From: an uncultured Acidimicrobiia bacterium
GTDB lineage: Bacteria > Actinomycetota > Acidimicrobiia > Acidimicrobiales > AC-14
NCBI GenBank assembly: GCA_963836205.1
Contig: CAWIIV010000006.1
Span: 576,001 to 640,000, forward strand
Reading direction: 5' to 3'
Length of the DNA stretch: 64,000 nt
Positions 1 through 9,472 of this stretch are shown piece after piece; within the stretch, counting starts at the first letter, position 1, and the number at the start of each line of letters is the position of its first letter. The notes beneath the pieces are model-generated. The model did not search any database and was not told the DNA's origin. It saw only the letters and a program-made list of their open reading frames with translations. The translations under genes and the position numbers were made by a program.

Positions 1-42
1 GAATGGGTGGCCGAGCGCGGTTCGCTCTGATCGGCCGGGCCG

Positions 43-867
43 CTAGGGGTCGACGTGGCGGCGGACGAGGTCGGCGAATCTCGACTGCGCCTCCCTCGTC
101 AGCGGGCCGGCGACCTCGGGCAGCGAGACACCGTCGACCGACGAGATGGGCTGCACCTCCCTTGTGCTCGAGCTGAGGAACGCCTCCCGGGCCGAGGCCA
201 GGGCCGACAGGGGCACGTCCTCCTCGACCACGTCGAGCAGCTCCAGCAGCAGGTCTCGCGTCACGCCGGCCAGGCAGCCCGACGACAGGGGCGGGGTGAC
301 GAGCCGGGACCCAAGGGCCAGGAACACGTTGGTGCCGGTGCCCTCGCACAGGTTCCCCACCAGGTTTCCGAAGATCGCCTCCCCCGCGCCCCGCTCCCGG
401 GCGTAGGCCAGGGCCACCACGTTCTCGCCGTAGGAGATCGTCTTGACGCCCACCAGGGCGGCCCGCTCGTTCCGGGGCCACGGCACGGTGACCACCGCCG
501 TCGCCGCCGGCCACGCTGTCAGCGGCCCGCCGGCCACGATCACGGTGGGGCCGGCGTCGCCCCGGCCCGCGCCCAGGGGCGACGGACCGCCGGTGACGGT
601 GATCCGCAGTCGCGCCGCCTCCAGGCTGTTGGCCGCGATGACCTCGTCCATGACCAGGCGCAGCACTGCGGGATCGGGGCACGGGAGCCGCATGGCAGCC
701 GCCGACGAGGCCAGCCGCTCCAGGTGGCGGCGGGCGGCGAACGGACGTCCCCCGTACACCCGGAGCGTCTCGAACACCCCGTCGCCGGTGAGCAGGCCGT
801 GGTCGAACGGCGAGATCCGGGCCTGTTCCGCGTCGACGAGCTCGCCGTCGACCCACACGTGGGTCAC
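43..867 (-). CDS. Class IV aminotransferase (aminodeoxychorismate lyase / BCAT-like)
   Basis: C-terminal part of ORF 43..3900: ISPFDHGLLTGDGVFETLR, HLERL, KTISY, EGTGTNVF, GCLAGVTR. GTG at 867 overlaps the upstream stop (GTGA). Confidence 0.9.
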   Translation of the reverse strand: MTHVWVDGELVDAEQARISPFDHGLLTGDGVFETLRVYGGRPFAARRHLERLASSAAAMRLPCPDPAVLRLVMDEVIAANSLEAARLRITVTGGPSPLGAGRGDAGPTVIVAGGPLTAWPAATAVVTVPWPRNERAALVGVKTISYGENVVALAYARERGAGEAIFGNLVGNLCEGTGTNVFLALGSRLVTPPLSSGCLAGVTRDLLLELLDVVEEDVPLSALASAREAFLSSSTREVQPISSVDGVSLPEVAGPLTREAQSRFADLVRRHVDP

Positions 868-1931
868 GACCGGGAGAACGTCCCCCCGGCCACGGCCAGC
901 AGCTGGCGGGCCTTGAGCTCGGTCTCGTCCCACTCGGACGCGGGGTCGGAGTCCCAGGTGATCCCGGCGCCGGTGCCCAGGTGGAGCTCGCCGTCGGCGG
1001 CCCAGAAGGTGCGGATGGCCACGTTGAGGTCGCCCGCGGCCCGGTCGGCGTCGACCCACCCCACCGCCCCGCAGTACACGTCTCGGGGCACCGGCTCCAG
1101 CGCCCGGATCACCCCGAGGGCGGCCAGCTTGGGGGCGCCCGTGACCGACCCGGGGGGGAACGTCGCCTCCAGCAGGTCGGCCCACCCCGCGCCCGGGCGC
1201 AGGCGGCCCCGCACCGTGCTCACCAGGTGGACCAGCCCCGGCTGCGACTCGACGTGCCACAGCGCCGGCACCTCCACCGAGCCGTACTCGCACACCCGCC
1301 CGAGGTCGTTGCGGACGAGGTCGACGATCATCACGTTCTCGGCCCGATCCTTCGCCGTCAGCCCGTCGGCCGTGATCGCGGTGCCCTTGATCGGCGAGGA
1401 CTCCACCACGTCGCCCCGCCGGCGGAGGAATCGCTCGGGCGAGGCGGAGGCCACCGCCATCGCCACCGCCACGTCCGCCGTCGGCAGCCGGACGAGGGCC
1501 TGGTGGGGGGCGGCGTGGGACGTGAACAGGGCCGCCCCCAGGTCGAGCACGTCGAAGCCCGGGGGCAGGGGCGCCGACAGCCGCCGGCACAGGTTCACCT
1601 GGTAGACGTCGCCGGCGGCGATGGCTTCCCGGATGGCCGCCACGCCCTTGACGTAGGCCGCCCGGTCGAGGCTCGACTCCCAGCCCTCGACCCGGGGCAC
1701 CGGCGCCCGCCCCACCGCCAGCCCCGCCGGCCATCCCGCCTCGGGTCGGGTGGAACGCTCGAAGCGGGCGCACACCGGCACCCCGTCGAACGGTAGGACG
1801 ACCGCCCACAGGCCGGTGCCGTCGAGGGCGGACACGTCGGAGGTCACGTCGAGCAGGCCGGTGAGGATCCGCCCGCCGACGATCGCCACGTCCCGGGTAG
1901 CGCCGTCGGTGGCGGCGCGGTGCGGCCTCAC
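864..1931 (-). CDS. pabB: Chorismate-binding enzyme (aminodeoxychorismate/anthranilate synthase component I family)
   Basis: GDVYQVNL, ASPERFL, SPIKGT, KDRAENVMIVDLVRNDL, FPPGSVTGAPK, LNVAIRT; coupled to a class IV aminotransferase. Start uncertain. Confidence 0.8.
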   Translation of the reverse strand: MRPHRAATDGATRDVAIVGGRILTGLLDVTSDVSALDGTGLWAVVLPFDGVPVCARFERSTRPEAGWPAGLAVGRAPVPRVEGWESSLDRAAYVKGVAAIREAIAAGDVYQVNLCRRLSAPLPPGFDVLDLGAALFTSHAAPHQALVRLPTADVAVAMAVASASPERFLRRRGDVVESSPIKGTAITADGLTAKDRAENVMIVDLVRNDLGRVCEYGSVEVPALWHVESQPGLVHLVSTVRGRLRPGAGWADLLEATFPPGSVTGAPKLAALGVIRALEPVPRDVYCGAVGWVDADRAAGDLNVAIRTFWAADGELHLGTGAGITWDSDPASEWDETELKARQLLAVAGGTFSRS

Positions 1932-2040
1932 CAGGCCAGCGTAGGGCCGGATGGCGAGATCCCGGTCCGGGCTCGCCCGCCCGCTCGGGGTCGGCCGGCG
2001 GCGATGCCGGGGGTCGGAGGAGCGGCGCTAGCCTCCCGGC

Positions 2041-3444
2041 GTGGGACGAGCCCTGAGGAGCGACGGAACCCGGGTCTGGCCCCTGCGCCTGCTCAAGGGC
2101 TCCATCGCGTTCCTGACGATCTGCGTGATCGCCGCCGCCGGCGGCTACATCTACGTACGCCACCAGTTGGGGAGGATCAACCGGCTCGTCATCCCCGGCC
2201 TCGACGACGACGGCGACGTCATGAACGTGCTCCTCGTCGGCTCCGACAGCCGGGAGCGGGTCACCGGCGACCTGGCCGAGACGACCGGCAAGGACGAGGT
2301 CAGCGGCCAGCGCAGCGACACCATCATGGTGCTGCACGTCGATCCCCACCAGAAGAAGGCGGCCATCTTCTCCATCCCCCGCGACCTCTACGTGCCGATC
2401 GCGGGCACCGACTACTCCGACCGCGTCAACACGTCCTTCGCCGTCGGGGGGGCGGCCGGTCTCATCGCCACCGTGGAGGAGGCCCTCGGCTTCCCGATCA
2501 ACCACTACGTGGAGATCGACTTCGTCGGCTTCCGCGACATCGTCAACGCGGTGCACGGCGTCAAGATCTACTTCCCGTCGCCCGTGCGGGACGAGGTCGC
2601 GGGACTGTTCGTCGACGATCCCGGGTGCGTCGAGCTCGACGGCGACGCCGGCCTGGCATTCGTCCGCAGCCGCAACTACGAGACCTACGAGGCGGGCGAG
2701 TGGCAGACCGACCCCACCGCCGACCTCGGCCGCATCCAGCGCCAGCAGGACTTCATCCGGCGCATGCTGCGCAAAGCGGTGTCGTCCGGCCTCAGCAACC
2801 CCCTCACCCTGAACCGGCTCATCGGCATCGGCGTGCGCGACGTCACGCTCGACGCGGAGATGACCACCGGCGACATCGTCCGCCTGGCCCGGCGGTTCAA
2901 GTCCCTCGACGCCAACACGGTCGACATGCTCACCTTCCCCACCGAGCCGGCCGACATCGGAGGCGCGTCGGTGCTGCTCCTCAAGGACGAGGAGGCCCGG
3001 CCCTACATCGACCGCCTCAACGGGTTGGCCCTTCCGGACGACCTCGACCCGGGGTCGGTGCAGCCGGCCGACATCCGGGTGCGGGTGCTCAACGGCTACG
3101 GGGCCGACGGCGTGGCCACCGAGGCCGCGGTGGGCCTCACCGGAGCCGGATTCAACGTGGCCGACCGAGGCGACGCCGACTCGTACAACTACTCGGCCAC
3201 CGTCATCCGGTACGCGCCGGGAGCGGCGGTCAAGGCCGACCTGCTCAACACCTACGTCGACGGCGGGGCGGTCATCGAGCAGGACTCGTCGCTGCGCACG
3301 GTCGACCTGACGTTGGTGCTCGGTTCCGACTACACCGGGCTGGTGAGCCCCAGCGCCACCGACTCCACCGTTCCGCCCACCACCGCGGTCGCGCCCGACG
3401 ACGCATCGCCGCCGAAGGGCGCCGCCGCCGGCCCCTCGTGCTGA
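2041..3444 (+). CDS. LCP (LytR-CpsA-Psr) family glycopolymer ligase with LytR_C domain
   Basis: N-terminal TM helix; NVLLVGSDSR, RSDTIMV, SIPRDLYV, DLGRIQRQQ; C-terminal VRVLNG...DLTLVLGSDY. Confidence 0.93.
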   Translation: MGRALRSDGTRVWPLRLLKGSIAFLTICVIAAAGGYIYVRHQLGRINRLVIPGLDDDGDVMNVLLVGSDSRERVTGDLAETTGKDEVSGQRSDTIMVLHVDPHQKKAAIFSIPRDLYVPIAGTDYSDRVNTSFAVGGAAGLIATVEEALGFPINHYVEIDFVGFRDIVNAVHGVKIYFPSPVRDEVAGLFVDDPGCVELDGDAGLAFVRSRNYETYEAGEWQTDPTADLGRIQRQQDFIRRMLRKAVSSGLSNPLTLNRLIGIGVRDVTLDAEMTTGDIVRLARRFKSLDANTVDMLTFPTEPADIGGASVLLLKDEEARPYIDRLNGLALPDDLDPGSVQPADIRVRVLNGYGADGVATEAAVGLTGAGFNVADRGDADSYNYSATVIRYAPGAAVKADLLNTYVDGGAVIEQDSSLRTVDLTLVLGSDYTGLVSPSATDSTVPPTTAVAPDDASPPKGAAAGPSC

Positions 3445-5537
3445 CGCCCCCGGGCCGGCCCGGTGCCCGCCGGCCGGCGATCCTCGCCCCCCGCGCCGCC
3501 GGCGACAGCGGCGGGGTCGACGACGAGTCGGACGATCTCGACGAAGGGGCCGGCGACGACGAGGTCGACGAGGTCGACGAGTCCGTCGCCGCGGTCGACG
3601 ACGAGGCCGAGGCCACCCGGGCCTACGCCACCTACGACGGCTTGTCGTTGGAGGACGCCACCGCCTACGAAGACGACGACCACGACGACGACCCGTACGA
3701 CGAGGTGTCCACCGTCGGGGAGACGTCCGCCGACGAGCCGTCGTACGACCTGGACGACGACGCGGGCGACGACTGGGACGACGACGACGGGCCCGACCCA
3801 CGCCGCTTCGCCGCACCCGTCGCCTTCGACGACGTCGCCGCCGACGACCACGCCGCCGACGACCACGCCTTCGACGACGACGCCTTCGACGACGACGCAT
3901 TCGACGACGACGCCTTCGCCGACGACTACGACGACGAGCCCGCCCCGGCCTGGGCGCCGAGGGCGGGCGGTCCCACCCGCCCCGGCCCGCCCGGGAGGCC
4001 GCCCCGGGCGCCCCGGGCGGTGGTGCTCAAGCAGCGCCGCCGTCGCCGACGCTTCCTCATCGGGCTGACGTTCTTCCTGTCGGCCACCATCACCATGGTC
4101 GGCAGCGGCTTCGTCTACCTGCAGTTCCGCCTGGGCCAGATCCCCCGGGTCGACGTCCCCAGCCTGGTCGGGGACCGGGACGGGGGGGTGATGAACGTGC
4201 TCCTGGTCGGGTCCGACAGCAGGGACCGGCTGGAGGGCAAGGAGGCCCTGCAGGCGGGCAAGGGGTCGGTCTCCGGCCAGCGCAGCGACACGATCATGGT
4301 GCTGCACATCGATCCCCAGCAGGAGCAGGCGGCCATCCTCTCCATCCCCCGCGACCTGTACGTGCCGATCGCGGGCGAGGGCTACTCCGACCGGGTCAAC
4401 GCCGCCTTCGCCCTCGGTGGGGCGCAGGGCCTGATCGAGACGATCCAGCAGTCGCTCGGCATCACCATCAACCACTACGTGGAGGTCGACTTCGTCGGCT
4501 TCAAGGACATCGTCGACGCGGTGGGCGGGGTCAAGCTCTACCTGCCGGCGTGGGTGCGGGACTTCACCAGCGGCCTCGACCTGCACGAGATCGGCTGCGT
4601 GGAGGTCGACGGCACCCAGGGGCTGGCGTGGGTCCGCAGCCGCAACTTCGAGTACCTGCTCCCCGACGGGCTCACCTGGACCACCGATCCCCGGGCCGAC
4701 CTGGGTCGGATCGAGCGGCAGCAGGACTTCATCCGCCGGATGCTCAAGAAGGCCCTCTCCTCGGGCATCACCAACCCCCTCCAGCTCAACAAGCTCATCG
4801 GCATCGGCGTGCGCGACGTCACCCTCGACGAGACCCTGTCGACCAAGGACATCACCACCCTGGCCCGCCGGTTCAACAACCTCGACGCCGACAGCGTCGC
4901 CCTCCTCACCCTCCCCACCACACCCGACGACATCGACGGGGCGTCGGTGCTCCTGCTCCGGGAGGACGAGGCCCAGCCCTACCTCGACCGCATCAACGGC
5001 CTGGAGGGGGCGCCGCTGCCCAGTCCCGGCGGAGAGACGCCGGCGGCCGGGCCGACGACCACGCTGCCCGCCGACTCCCTGCTGTATCCGGAGGACGTCG
5101 AGATCCGGGTGCTCAACGGCGAGGGCACGCCGGGAGCGGCAGCCGAGGCCGCCCGCGCCCTGGCGAGCGCCGGCTTCGTCATCGACGGCACCGGTGACGC
5201 GACCGCGACCGCGCGCACGACCATCCGTCACCCGGCCGACGCCCTGGCCCCGGCCCAGGTGCTCCAGCGGTCCCTCGCCGGCGGCGCCGAACTGGTGGTC
5301 GACGACACGGTCACCGGCACCGATGTCGTCCTCGTGATCGGCGCCGACTACGACGGCCTCACCGTGGGCCCGGTCACCCCCGTCCCCCGGCCAGCGACGA
5401 CGGTGCCGGCGGTGCCGGCGATGACCACCACCGTCGCCGGTGACGGGTCGACCACCACCACGTCGGACCCGACCACCACCACCATCCCGCCGACCACGCT
5501 CGGGCCCACCACCCTCCCCCCGGGCGTGGACTGCTGA
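3438..5537 (+). CDS. Second LCP family protein with long Asp/Glu-rich N-terminus and Thr/Pro tail
   Basis: Frame of ORF 1920..5537 from GTG 3438, overlapping the upstream stop. Same LCP motifs follow an acidic region, a poly-Arg stretch and a TM helix. Confidence 0.88.
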   Translation: MLTPPGRPGARRPAILAPRAAGDSGGVDDESDDLDEGAGDDEVDEVDESVAAVDDEAEATRAYATYDGLSLEDATAYEDDDHDDDPYDEVSTVGETSADEPSYDLDDDAGDDWDDDDGPDPRRFAAPVAFDDVAADDHAADDHAFDDDAFDDDAFDDDAFADDYDDEPAPAWAPRAGGPTRPGPPGRPPRAPRAVVLKQRRRRRRFLIGLTFFLSATITMVGSGFVYLQFRLGQIPRVDVPSLVGDRDGGVMNVLLVGSDSRDRLEGKEALQAGKGSVSGQRSDTIMVLHIDPQQEQAAILSIPRDLYVPIAGEGYSDRVNAAFALGGAQGLIETIQQSLGITINHYVEVDFVGFKDIVDAVGGVKLYLPAWVRDFTSGLDLHEIGCVEVDGTQGLAWVRSRNFEYLLPDGLTWTTDPRADLGRIERQQDFIRRMLKKALSSGITNPLQLNKLIGIGVRDVTLDETLSTKDITTLARRFNNLDADSVALLTLPTTPDDIDGASVLLLREDEAQPYLDRINGLEGAPLPSPGGETPAAGPTTTLPADSLLYPEDVEIRVLNGEGTPGAAAEAARALASAGFVIDGTGDATATARTTIRHPADALAPAQVLQRSLAGGAELVVDDTVTGTDVVLVIGADYDGLTVGPVTPVPRPATTVPAVPAMTTTVAGDGSTTTTSDPTTTTIPPTTLGPTTLPPGVDC

Positions 5538-5575
5538 CGGCGGAGGTTCGCCCACCGTCGGCGGGTCCCGTAGCG

Positions 5576-6619
5576 TTGGAGCCCGTGAGACTCCTCGTCA
5601 CCGGCGGCGCCGGGTTCATCGGCGCCAACTTCGTCCGCTACTGGACCCAGAACCACTCCCGCGACCACGTCGTGGCCTACGACCTGCTCACCTACGCCGG
5701 CAACCTGGCCAACCTCGACGACGTCCGCGACCGCATCGCATTCGTCCGGGGCGACATCGGCGACCTCGAGGGCACCGAGCGCACCCTGCGCGAGCACAAG
5801 ATCGACGTGATCGTGAACTTCGCGGCCGAGTCCCACAACAGCCTGGCCGTGCTCGACCCGGGCCGGTTCTTCCGCACCAACGTGATCGGCACCCAGACCC
5901 TCCTGGAGGCGGCCCGGCGGGCGGGCGGCATCACCCGCTTTCACCACATCTCCACGTGCGAGGTCTACGGCGACCTCGACCTCGACACCGACGAGATGTT
6001 CCACGAGGACTCGCCCTACCGGCCCCGCACCCCCTACAACGCGTCCAAGGCGGGGGCCGACCACGCGGTGCGGGCCTACTACGAGACGTTCGGCCTGCCC
6101 GTCACCCTCACCAACTGCTGCAACAACTACGGGCCCTACCAGTTCCCGGAGAAGGTCATCCCCCTGTTCACCTGCAACGCCATCGACGACCAGCCCCTGC
6201 CGCTGTACGCGTCGACCCAGAACCGGCGGGAGTGGCTGCACGTGATCGACCACTGCCGGGCGGTGGAGGCGGTGCTGCTCGAGGGCCGGGTGGGCGAGAC
6301 CTACCACGTGGGCAGCGGCGTCGAGCGCAGCATCCTCGAGATCGCCGACGTCGTGCTGGCCACGCTGGGCAAGCCGGAGTCGCTCAAGACCATCGTCCCC
6401 GACCGGCCCGGCCACGACCGCCGCTACCTGCTCGACTCGTCGAAGATCGCGTCCGAGCTGGGCTGGAAGCCAACCATCCCCTTCGACCAGGGGCTGGCGG
6501 AGACGGTGCAGTGGTACGCGGCCAACCGGGCCTGGTGGGAGCCGCTCATGGACCGGGCCCCCGTCGAGGAGGGCACCGCCTGGGACGAGCCCGTCGACGC
6601 CCAGAGCCTGGACCTGTGA
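5576..6619 (+). CDS. rfbB: dTDP-glucose 4,6-dehydratase
   Basis: TGGAGFIG, DLLTYAGN, NFAAESH, YNASK, NNYGPYQFPEKVIP, DRPGHDRRY. Start may be GTG 5585. Confidence 0.95.
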   Translation: MEPVRLLVTGGAGFIGANFVRYWTQNHSRDHVVAYDLLTYAGNLANLDDVRDRIAFVRGDIGDLEGTERTLREHKIDVIVNFAAESHNSLAVLDPGRFFRTNVIGTQTLLEAARRAGGITRFHHISTCEVYGDLDLDTDEMFHEDSPYRPRTPYNASKAGADHAVRAYYETFGLPVTLTNCCNNYGPYQFPEKVIPLFTCNAIDDQPLPLYASTQNRREWLHVIDHCRAVEAVLLEGRVGETYHVGSGVERSILEIADVVLATLGKPESLKTIVPDRPGHDRRYLLDSSKIASELGWKPTIPFDQGLAETVQWYAANRAWWEPLMDRAPVEEGTAWDEPVDAQSLDL

Positions 6620-6623
6620 CCTG

Positions 6624-7475
6624 ATGCGGGTGCTCGTCACCGGTGCCGGCGGGCAGTTGGGGCGGGAGGTGGTCGACGCCTTCCAGGCGGCCGGTCCGCA
6701 CCACGAGGTGCTGGCCTGTTCCCACGGGATGCTCGACGTCGGCGACCGCGACGCCTGCCTGCAGGTGATCCCCACGTTCGCCCCCGACGCGGTGGTGCAC
6801 GCCGCCGCCTGGACCGACGTCGACGGGTGTGAGACCGACCCCGACCGGGCCTGGCGGGTGAACGCCCTCGGCACCCGGCACGTGGCCGAGGCGTCCCGCC
6901 TGGTCGGCGCGAGGGTCTGCTACGTGTCGACCGACTACGTCTTCGACGGCACCGGCCACCGCCCGTACCAGGAGTGGGACGAAACCAACCCGCTGTCGGT
7001 CTACGGCCGGTCGAAGCGGGCGGGCGAGGCCGCCCTGGGGCCTCACGACACCATCCTGCGCACGTCGTGGGTGTGCGGGCGCCACGGGCACAACTTCGTC
7101 AAGACCGTCCTCCGCCTGGTCGGCGCGGGCACGGAGATGAAAGTGGTCGACGACCAGCACGGATGCCCGTCGTTCGCCGAAGACCTGGCCGGGATGATCT
7201 ACCGCCTGGTCGTCGGCCACCGCCCGGGACTGTTCCACGTGACCAACCAGGGACCCACCACCTGGTACCGGTTCGCGGTCGACATCGCCGCCGCCGCCGG
7301 CCTCGACCCGGCCCTGGTGCGGCCCATTTCCACCGCCGAGCTTCACCCGCCCCGGCCCGCCCCCCGGCCGGCCAACTCCGTGCTCGACAACACCGCCCTC
7401 CGCCTGTCCGGCGTCCCCCTGCTCGACGACCACCACGTCCCCCTCGAGCGGCTGGTGAAGGAGCTGACGTCATGA
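6624..7475 (+). CDS. rfbD: dTDP-4-dehydrorhamnose reductase
   Basis: TGAGGQLG, AAWTDVDGCE, STDYVFDG, YGRSK, VVDDQ, APRPANSVLD. Confidence 0.95.
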   Translation: MRVLVTGAGGQLGREVVDAFQAAGPHHEVLACSHGMLDVGDRDACLQVIPTFAPDAVVHAAAWTDVDGCETDPDRAWRVNALGTRHVAEASRLVGARVCYVSTDYVFDGTGHRPYQEWDETNPLSVYGRSKRAGEAALGPHDTILRTSWVCGRHGHNFVKTVLRLVGAGTEMKVVDDQHGCPSFAEDLAGMIYRLVVGHRPGLFHVTNQGPTTWYRFAVDIAAAAGLDPALVRPISTAELHPPRPAPRPANSVLDNTALRLSGVPLLDDHHVPLERLVKELTS

Positions 7476-7659
7476 TCGACATCGCCGTCATCAAGGTGAC
7501 CTGCGCCGATGTGAACCCAAGCGGGCCCAGCTCCTCATCGCCGACCCGACCTCGGCCGAGATGATCACGTACGCGTGCAACTCCCTCCTGGCGGCCAAGG
7601 TGTCGTTCGTCAACGCCATCGCCAACGGGTTCCAGTACTCGGGCCGTGCCGGCACCTGA
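7472..7659 (+). pseudogene. ugd: Collapsed remnant of a UDP-glucose 6-dehydrogenase
   Basis: ATG coupled to the rfbD stop gives MIDIAVI-KVTCADV; another frame gives DPTSAEMITYACNSLLAAKVSFVNAIAN followed by GFQYSG. These resemble the N-terminal, central and C-terminal Ugd motifs. Confidence 0.75.
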
Positions 7660-8548
7660 GATCCCGGGCCGCGGCCACCGGCCGTGCTCCGAAGTGGCCG
7701 CCGTGATCGTCAACTTCAACGCACGCGACCATGTGATCGAGTGCGTGCGCAGCCTGCGGGCCGACGGGGTGGGCGATGTGGTCGTCGTCGACAACGCCTC
7801 CTCGGACGGGTCGGCGGACGCGCTGGCCGCCTCCGACCCCGACACCCGGTTCCTGCCAACCGGTTCCAACCTCGGCTTCGGCACCGCGGCCAACGTGGGC
7901 GTGGCCAACACCGGGTCCGCCTTCGTCCTGATCCTCAACCCCGACACCATCGTGGAGCCGGGCACCACCAAGGCCCTGGCCGCCGCCCTCGACAACGACC
8001 ACCGCCTGGCCGCGGTGGGTCCCCGGGTCGACAACCCCGACGGCACCCTCTACCCGTCGGTCCGGCGCTTCCCCCGGATGACCGACGCCGCCGGCCACGC
8101 CTTCCTCGCCTTCTTCTGGCGGGGGAACCCGTTCACCCGGCGCTACCGGATGCTCGACTGGAACCACGCCGAGGCGAGCGAGGTCGACTGGGTCAGCGGG
8201 GCGTGCGTGCTCGTGCGGCGCACCGCGTTCGAGCAGGTCGGCGGCTTCGACCCCGCCTATTTCATGTACGTGGAGGACGTCGACCTGTGCTGGCGGCTGC
8301 GCCAGGCGGGATGGAAGGTCGGCTACGAGCCCGCGGGCCGGGTGGTGCACGCCGTCGGCGCCTCCAGCCAGCTCGCCCCCTACCGCATGATCCTGGCCCA
8401 CCACCGCTCGCTCCTGCGCTTCGCCAACCGCACGACGACCGGCTCCGGACGGGCCCTCCTGCCCGCGGTGGCGGCCGGGCTGGGCGTGCGAACGGTCCTG
8501 GCCTGGGCCCAGCACCGCCTCGACCGCCGACCTCCTGCCACGCACTGA
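7646..8548 (+). CDS. GT2 glycosyltransferase, WbbL-like rhamnosyltransferase
   Basis: VVVDNAS, NLGFGTAANVG, LNPD, WVSGAC, GGFDPAYFMYVEDVDLC; follows rfbBD. True start possibly near 7694. Confidence 0.88.
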   Translation: MPAPEIPGRGHRPCSEVAAVIVNFNARDHVIECVRSLRADGVGDVVVVDNASSDGSADALAASDPDTRFLPTGSNLGFGTAANVGVANTGSAFVLILNPDTIVEPGTTKALAAALDNDHRLAAVGPRVDNPDGTLYPSVRRFPRMTDAAGHAFLAFFWRGNPFTRRYRMLDWNHAEASEVDWVSGACVLVRRTAFEQVGGFDPAYFMYVEDVDLCWRLRQAGWKVGYEPAGRVVHAVGASSQLAPYRMILAHHRSLLRFANRTTTGSGRALLPAVAAGLGVRTVLAWAQHRLDRRPPATH

Positions 8549-8680
8549 CCCGGCGCCGGAGGCCCCGACCCCCTCGACGGTCTCCGCTACGCTGGCCGTT
8601 CCGGGCGGTTTCGGGGCCTCGCTCCGGCGTGTGGCCTGCGCCTGGGATACCTCGGCCGTCCGAGTACCTTCGAGGGGGTC

Positions 8681-9472
8681 ATGGGAAAGGCATCGTCAAG
8701 CAAGAAGGTCGCGCGCGCCGCTCGTACCGGTGGCGGCCGCACGCGCCGGGGGTCGTCGTCGTGGCTGTGGCCGGCGCTGATGGCCATCATCGTGGTCCTC
8801 GGCACGGCCGGGGTCGTCTACTCGCGTGAGCAGCGCCAGCCCGATACCAGCCGACCGCTCGCCAGCGGGGCCGGCTCGCAGGGCGACCACTGGCACGCCG
8901 CCATCGGCTTCTACATCTGCGGCACGTTCCAGCCCAACATCTCCGAGGCCGCCGACCCCCTGGGCATCCACACCCACGACGACGGCATCGTGCACATCCA
9001 CCCCTTCTCGTCCCGGGCCGCGGGCAAGAACGCCAAGCTGAGCGTGTACTTCGACACCGTGAAGGTCGACGTCTCCAACGACGAGCTCAAGCTCCCGGGA
9101 CAGGACAAGAAGAGCAACGGCGACGAGTGCGACGGCAAGGCCGCCACCGTCCAGGTCAAGACGTGGCCGTCGAGGGGCCCCGACGAGAAGGGCACCCTGT
9201 TCACGGGCGACCCGGGCGACATCCGCCTTACCGACAACCAGCTGATCACGGTGGCCTTCGTCCCCGACGGCACCGAGATCCCCCGCCCGCCGTCGGAACC
9301 GCAGCTCGACAACCTCAGTGACATCGCCACCACGCCGGTGCCCGACGAGCTCACATCGACCACCATCGCCCCCCCGGAGGGCACCACGACCGATTCCTCG
9401 GTTCCCTCCGACTCCACGACCATCCCGCCCGAGACGACCGTTCCGCCCGAGACGCCGCCGCCCGCCCCGTGA
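8681..9472 (+). CDS. Membrane-anchored hypothetical protein with His-rich motifs
   Basis: Basic N-terminus, one TM helix, DHWH...HTHDDGIVHIHP, Thr/Pro tail; translationally coupled to the next gene. Confidence 0.85.
   Translation: MGKASSSKKVARAARTGGGRTRRGSSSWLWPALMAIIVVLGTAGVVYSREQRQPDTSRPLASGAGSQGDHWHAAIGFYICGTFQPNISEAADPLGIHTHDDGIVHIHPFSSRAAGKNAKLSVYFDTVKVDVSNDELKLPGQDKKSNGDECDGKAATVQVKTWPSRGPDEKGTLFTGDPGDIRLTDNQLITVAFVPDGTEIPRPPSEPQLDNLSDIATTPVPDELTSTTIAPPEGTTTDSSVPSDSTTIPPETTVPPETPPPAP

Noticed and set aside
868-3900. Long Arg-rich ORF 43..3900 and many similar antisense or shadow ORFs
   Set aside because: High-GC frame artefacts overlapping well-supported genes; only 43-867 has real motifs.
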